From Octopus sinensis (lineage: Eukaryota), in assembly GCF_006345805.1 (NCBI RefSeq), contig NW_021832658.1, positions 1 to 29,775 of the forward strand: a stretch of DNA of 29,775 nucleotides. Direction: 5' to 3'. Position numbers and translations under genes: made by a program. The notes beneath the pieces are model-generated. The model saw only the letters and a program-made list of their open reading frames with translations. It had not been told where the DNA came from and ran no database searches. Shown here piece after piece: positions 25,317-29,775 of the stretch (position 1 is the first letter of the stretch; every line of letters starts with the position of its first letter).

Positions 25317-25749
25317 TGGGTGAGAAAACGGTATGGACGGAGTTTTGGAGTCCAATAATACCCTGTACACCTATTTGATTATGAAGATTTACAAACATAC
25401 TTTCTCAGTGATACTCAATTTACCTACCATTATAAATAATACCAAATGTTCTTTCTCAGACCTTTCATAATGTGATACAAGTCTTTGGTGTACCAATTGC
25501 ATGCGGCTGAAGAGGGCTTTAAACTATCTGTTATGTCGATTATACATTGATGTAAGAATAACTTGTTTTATAAAGCTCGAAACATATGTACCGCGACATC
25601 CCTTGTGTTCTGTTTTTTATTTCATTTGATACATATATCCTCTCACCTCTGCTACTAGTTGGCATATACAGGTGCTTTCACTTATCAAGTATTCACCCTG
25701 AATTTATTGTATGTATATATATATGTATGTGTGTATGTATGTATGTATG

Positions 25750-25781
<32 letters not shown>

Positions 25782-26003
25782 TTATGTATGTATGTATGTA
25801 TGTATGTATGTATGTATGTATATCCCTATGGGTATACATGTAATATATATATATATATGTATATATATAAGAATGTATGTATATGTGTGAGTGAATACAC
25901 AAATAAATGCAAATTAATGTAAATTGTGAAATGACACGCCTATTACGAAGTACTTCTCTTAATTAAGTAGTATACATGTGCATACTCATGACTACACACA
26001 CAC

Positions 26004-26054
<51 letters not shown>

Positions 26055-26329
26055 TGTGTACATAAATGCGTATGCATATTATGATATATAAATACATAGA
26101 CAATCATATCTACATATATATTCAATGTCTATGTCGTAATTTGTCAACGAGCATCTTTTTTCTTGGGGAATTTCTGTTTGCAATATTTTAATCAGAATAT
26201 TCAAAGATTTCTATCTGAAATGGAATCTTAGTATCAGCAAGAGTAATGGGTAGGAATCGACAGTGCCAGATTCAGCTAACAGCAAGAGCAGTAACTCTGA
26301 GTTGAGAGGGCGTATATTTGCGTTGCTAG

Positions 26330-26600
26330 GTTCACCTAAAAACAAATTATTGATTTTATTAGAGGAAGTGGTCACCCATTCCACTTCGTCACACAATTTA
26401 CCGCTTCAAGCTAGTCATTAGCCAGAGTTAACCTTCGAAATATTTCAAATATATTGGTCGACATACTAATATACTCTACATGTGTATGCTGGTGCATCCG
26501 TCTCTCATCTCCAGCTCTCAAAACCTGGATGTTCCGCTGAGTCGTGGCAGAGAAGGTCCAGAGGATTTTTTTATGTTTGCTCGCGATTATATAGGCACCT
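26330..26600 (-). mobile_element. RTE-like LINE C-terminal relic
   Basis: LWTFSATTQRNIQVLRAGDERRM and the downstream VEWV resemble the ETW.T.....L...ERRM.R and RW.GHV..EW.P regions of RTE ORFs. Confidence 0.45.
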
Positions 26601-26916
26601 AAAACAACTAGCGAAAGCATTGTACATGCTACCAAGTCACGGGCGCTTGTGAGTGACCAGTATGGTGTGTGTGTGTGAGTGTGCGTTGTGTTTTTGTGTG
26701 TGTTTGTGTGTGTGTGGTGTGTGTGTGTGTGTGTGTGTGGTATGTATGTATGTATGTATGTATGTATGCACATATGTTTAACTTAAGAAAAGATACAGCT
26801 ACATTACGTTACAGATATTGGAAAAATAGCAATGGTAGACAACGAAGATATTTACAATCATATAATTGACAAGACGCCACAAACAGACGGGTACAGTTCA
26901 AGTCAAATCTTTCATC

Positions 26917-26989
<73 letters not shown>

Positions 26990-26990
26990 T

Positions 26991-27269
26991 TGTTGTATAG
27001 TGAAACTGTACAACCCATCCGGTAAAATGTGGTAGTAACCACCCATTATAAATAGACCAGTAGCCGGCCGACAAGAGAAGGTCAGAAGGTCGAGAGTACG
27101 TGTAGACTGTGTTGATAGTCGTGTCTGAGATGGTAATTATACTGGGATACTGAGTGGACGTTATAACGATCCAACCTTTTGAGGATAATAACACTGTTAC
27201 GACTGGGGGTAGTATAGTGCCAGATGGAGTCATTCTATCGACAACCGTCGTCAAAAGACAGATACAACA
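26991..27269 (+). mobile_element. Gypsy-type LTR (about 279 bp)
   Basis: Perfect 8-bp inverted termini TGTTGTAT (26991) and ATACAACA (27262-27269), an internal TATAAATA near 27047, and a PBS and pol fragments downstream. Confidence 0.7.
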
Positions 27270-27294
27270 GTGGCAAAAGACCGCTTTACAACAG

Positions 27295-27307
27295 TGGCGA
27301 CGAGGAT
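27295..27307 (+). promoter_or_regulatory. Primer-binding site TGGCGACGAGGAT, complementary to the 3' end of tRNA-Ser(GCU)
   Basis: Follows the LTR end. It is the reverse complement of ...AUCCUCGUCG-CCA, the tRNA-Ser(GCU) 3' end as I recall it. Confidence 0.65.
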
Positions 27308-27309
27308 AA

Positions 27310-27712
27310 ACAAAATGATTGTTTATGTGTTGAAAAAATTCATGATTTTATTTGGCACCGAATATATAGAGAAATTTAATTTATGGGAGACACCCATAAG
27401 CGCTTTGTGCAATAGCGTAAACGGAGCAGTCAAACGAGGTCGATGAACTAAATAGAAAAAAAGTCACGTGGAACATCGTGTGTGAATTACCAGGAATTTT
27501 GGAAGAAGTAAAAAGAAATGCGAGAAATGTCAAATTTATGAATGAGACAAAAACAAAACTGTGGTCGACAAAAGGAAATAAAAATGGTCTGATGCAAAAA
27601 ATCATCAAGATGTGAACGTGTATCCTATATGTGATGGTGTACTAATGTACACTCAGAGGATGGTCATACCACAGACATTACAGAAGAGAATGCTAAAAGA
27701 GAATGCTAGAAG
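27310..27712 (+). pseudogene. Internally deleted Gypsy pol relic (protease-adjacent segment joined to an RNase H/integrase-proximal segment)
   Basis: VYVLKKFMILFGTEYIEKFNLWETPISALCNSV, then NIVCELPGILEEVKRNA, then YPICDGVLMYTQRMVIPQTLQKRMLKE, the segment that precedes the integrase HHCC finger in K02A2.6-like Gypsy elements. Confidence 0.75.
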
Positions 27713-27985
27713 AGAATGTCTGTGTCAGCCAGTCTGGCTGACTGGCTGGCTGCCGATCTGTCTGTCTATCTATAACGCTGTAAATGTTTATATAATTAGA
27801 TAGATATGTACACACACACACATACATAATACGTACATACATACATACATACATACATACATACATACGTACATACATACATACATTCATACATACATAC
27901 ATACATACATTCATACATACATACATAAATGCATACATACGTACACACATACATACATACATACATACATACATACATACATACA

Positions 27986-28017
<32 letters not shown>

Positions 28018-28039
28018 GATAGTTGAAATTTACAGAAAA

Positions 28040-28420
28040 ATAAAAGATGAAGATAGGTGTATGAATAACAAGGAGGTGTATTAGTTTGGCGCTCGGGAAA
28101 GTGAGGAAGTCTTTTACGTTTCGAGCCTACGCTCTTCAATAGAAAGGAACACGATGAAATAAACAGAGAGAATAAAAAAAAACTTGTGGATTTAGCGGTC
28201 GAGCATGGCAACTGATTGGAAAAGAAGTTTAAAGAGGCTGAAAGAAGGAGGGGGGGGGGTTAATAAAGTATTGGTGATCCGAAAACGAAGGTCCGCGTGC
28301 GTGCGTGTATGGGAAAACGTATAAGTGTTTGTGTGCGTGTGTGGATAGGGACTAGTGATTTTGACGTGTGTGCGTGTGTAAGTATGTGCGTCTGTAACGT
28401 GTGGCTGCTGATATAGTGCT
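28040..28420 (-). mobile_element. Second copy of the same Penelope-terminal-like repeat, with a hammerhead-like motif at 28111-28146
   Basis: Homology to 18625-18805; the GAAACGUA end motif is typical of Penelope pseudo-LTRs. Confidence 0.55.
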
Positions 28421-28542
28421 GTGTGGTGAGAGTTTTATCTTGGCTACCGAATAATTGTCACATATTACATTTACAGATAAATTCCTCTATTTACATAATA
28501 TCGAGGTCTCTTTCTTTCTTTTGTTATCTTACCGTTTCACTA

Positions 28543-28593
<51 letters not shown>

Positions 28594-28993
28594 TATATAT
28601 GTTTATATATACACACTCACACGCATATAAAAGCATTCATACACACACACATATCATATGTATGCATTTTTTTCTGTATATGAATGTATGTTGTGAGTGC
28701 GATTGGCGAGTATGAGAGACGCTTCAAGGTGTAAATTAAAATTAAACAAGACAAGAATGTGTGAATAGACATATTAAAAGGCATCTGATTGATGGAACCA
28801 CGTTTTATTGTTTGTAACACCGCCATCTATCGGCGAAAACAAATAGAAGAGAAGTTTAAACATTAATGATTTCACACACGTTCCATTGACCCGACATTGA
28901 ATAAAAGCAGACGATAAGAGGAAGAAGTATTCTTTCGGCAAACATTATTAAGGATAAAGAAGAAAATATTACACAAAATTGATAGGAACTTAC

Positions 28994-29092
28994 TTTGGTT
29001 TGTACAGTGGTTCTTGCTCCTCCATTTACCAATGCTTTGAGCGATTCTAGCTGACCAAACCAGGCTGCGCAATGGACCGCGCCCATGCCATA
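28994..29092 (-). CDS. ANKDD1: Internal coding exon (99 bp, phase 0-0) encoding one ankyrin repeat, YGMGAVHCAAWFGQLESLKALVNGGARTTVQTK; ANKDD1-like (ankyrin repeat and death domain protein), tentative
   Basis: Minus strand: polypyrimidine tract ...tttttctccttttcttctaattccAG, then exactly 33 codons, then the donor GTAAGT (plus-strand acttac 28988-28993). G-x-x-A-x-H-x-A-A-x-x-G...L...GA is the ankyrin consensus. The AWFG and LVN-GA motifs match my recollection of an ANKDD1A repeat (FGMNALLLSAWFGHL...LVNSGAK); the symbol is from recall, not a search. Confidence 0.8.
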
Positions 29093-29775
29093 CTGGAATT
29101 AGAAGAAAAGGAGAAAAAATGTAAACGTTTGTCAGATGTAGCTATTAAATGCCGCTTTCATATCACATTTCATACGAGTTTCTGTTACATATAAACAACA
29201 ACAACAACAACAAAAACAACAACAACAACAACGACGATGACGACGACGACGACAACGATAAATCGAATTTCTGTTACATACAAATTAAATGGTATGAAAG
29301 CAGAAGACTTTAACATGTTAGAAATACTCGGTTAACCGTATCATGATTACAGTGAAGTTAATAATCAAGAACAAAGTCACAGTAGAATTATTGAGAACTG
29401 CTGAAAGTGCTGTCGTTGTAAATATAACTGCATATATTGTATATACCGGGGTATTTAAAATGAATTTCTATTTCCATCTCTATTTTTGCATCGCCATTAC
29501 AAAACCGCAGTCTTGTATTTTGAGTCAAACACGAATTACCGAGTCCGTTTTATTACACAGTTCTTCAATAAAATGCGTATACCTATATATGTTATACACA
29601 CACACACAATATATATATATATATAGATATATATATATATATATATGTATAGACAGGTAGATAGACAGATGGATAGATTGATAGATAGATAGATACATAG
29701 ATATTGATAGATATATACATAACATACATACATGTATACATAATACATATATATATATTTATATATATATAGCTA

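Noticed and set aside
26211-26396. ORF GEPSNANIRPLNSELLL... after a ttttAG, as a candidate host exon
   Set aside because: No good donor and not ankyrin-like; the upstream part is better explained by the RTE relic.

Overview
AT-rich, microsatellite-saturated eukaryotic DNA whose SINE families point to an octopus (Octopus sp.) genome; this assignment is from recall, not a search. The only host-gene sequence I can support is one 99-bp phase 0-0 exon on the minus strand (28994-29092) encoding a single ankyrin repeat that resembles ANKDD1, so the rest of the window is probably one very large intron or poorly recognisable gene body. It contains a 5'-truncated CR1-group LINE with a nearly complete but frameshifted APE-RT ORF2 (about 12105-15208), a Penelope-like relic (RT and GIY-YIG), a Gypsy LTR with a tRNA-Ser primer-binding site and pol fragments, R4/Dong-like and RTE-like relics, about a dozen tRNA-derived SINEs, two long inverted repeats (9364-9604 and 15209-15512, the latter with nested palindromes) and two minisatellites. 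The most interesting signal is a set of five hammerhead-ribozyme-like motifs with palindromic stem III, including a near-canonical type I copy at 20513-20587 and a two-copy variant-core family. Nearly all entries in the ORF track are microsatellite translations.
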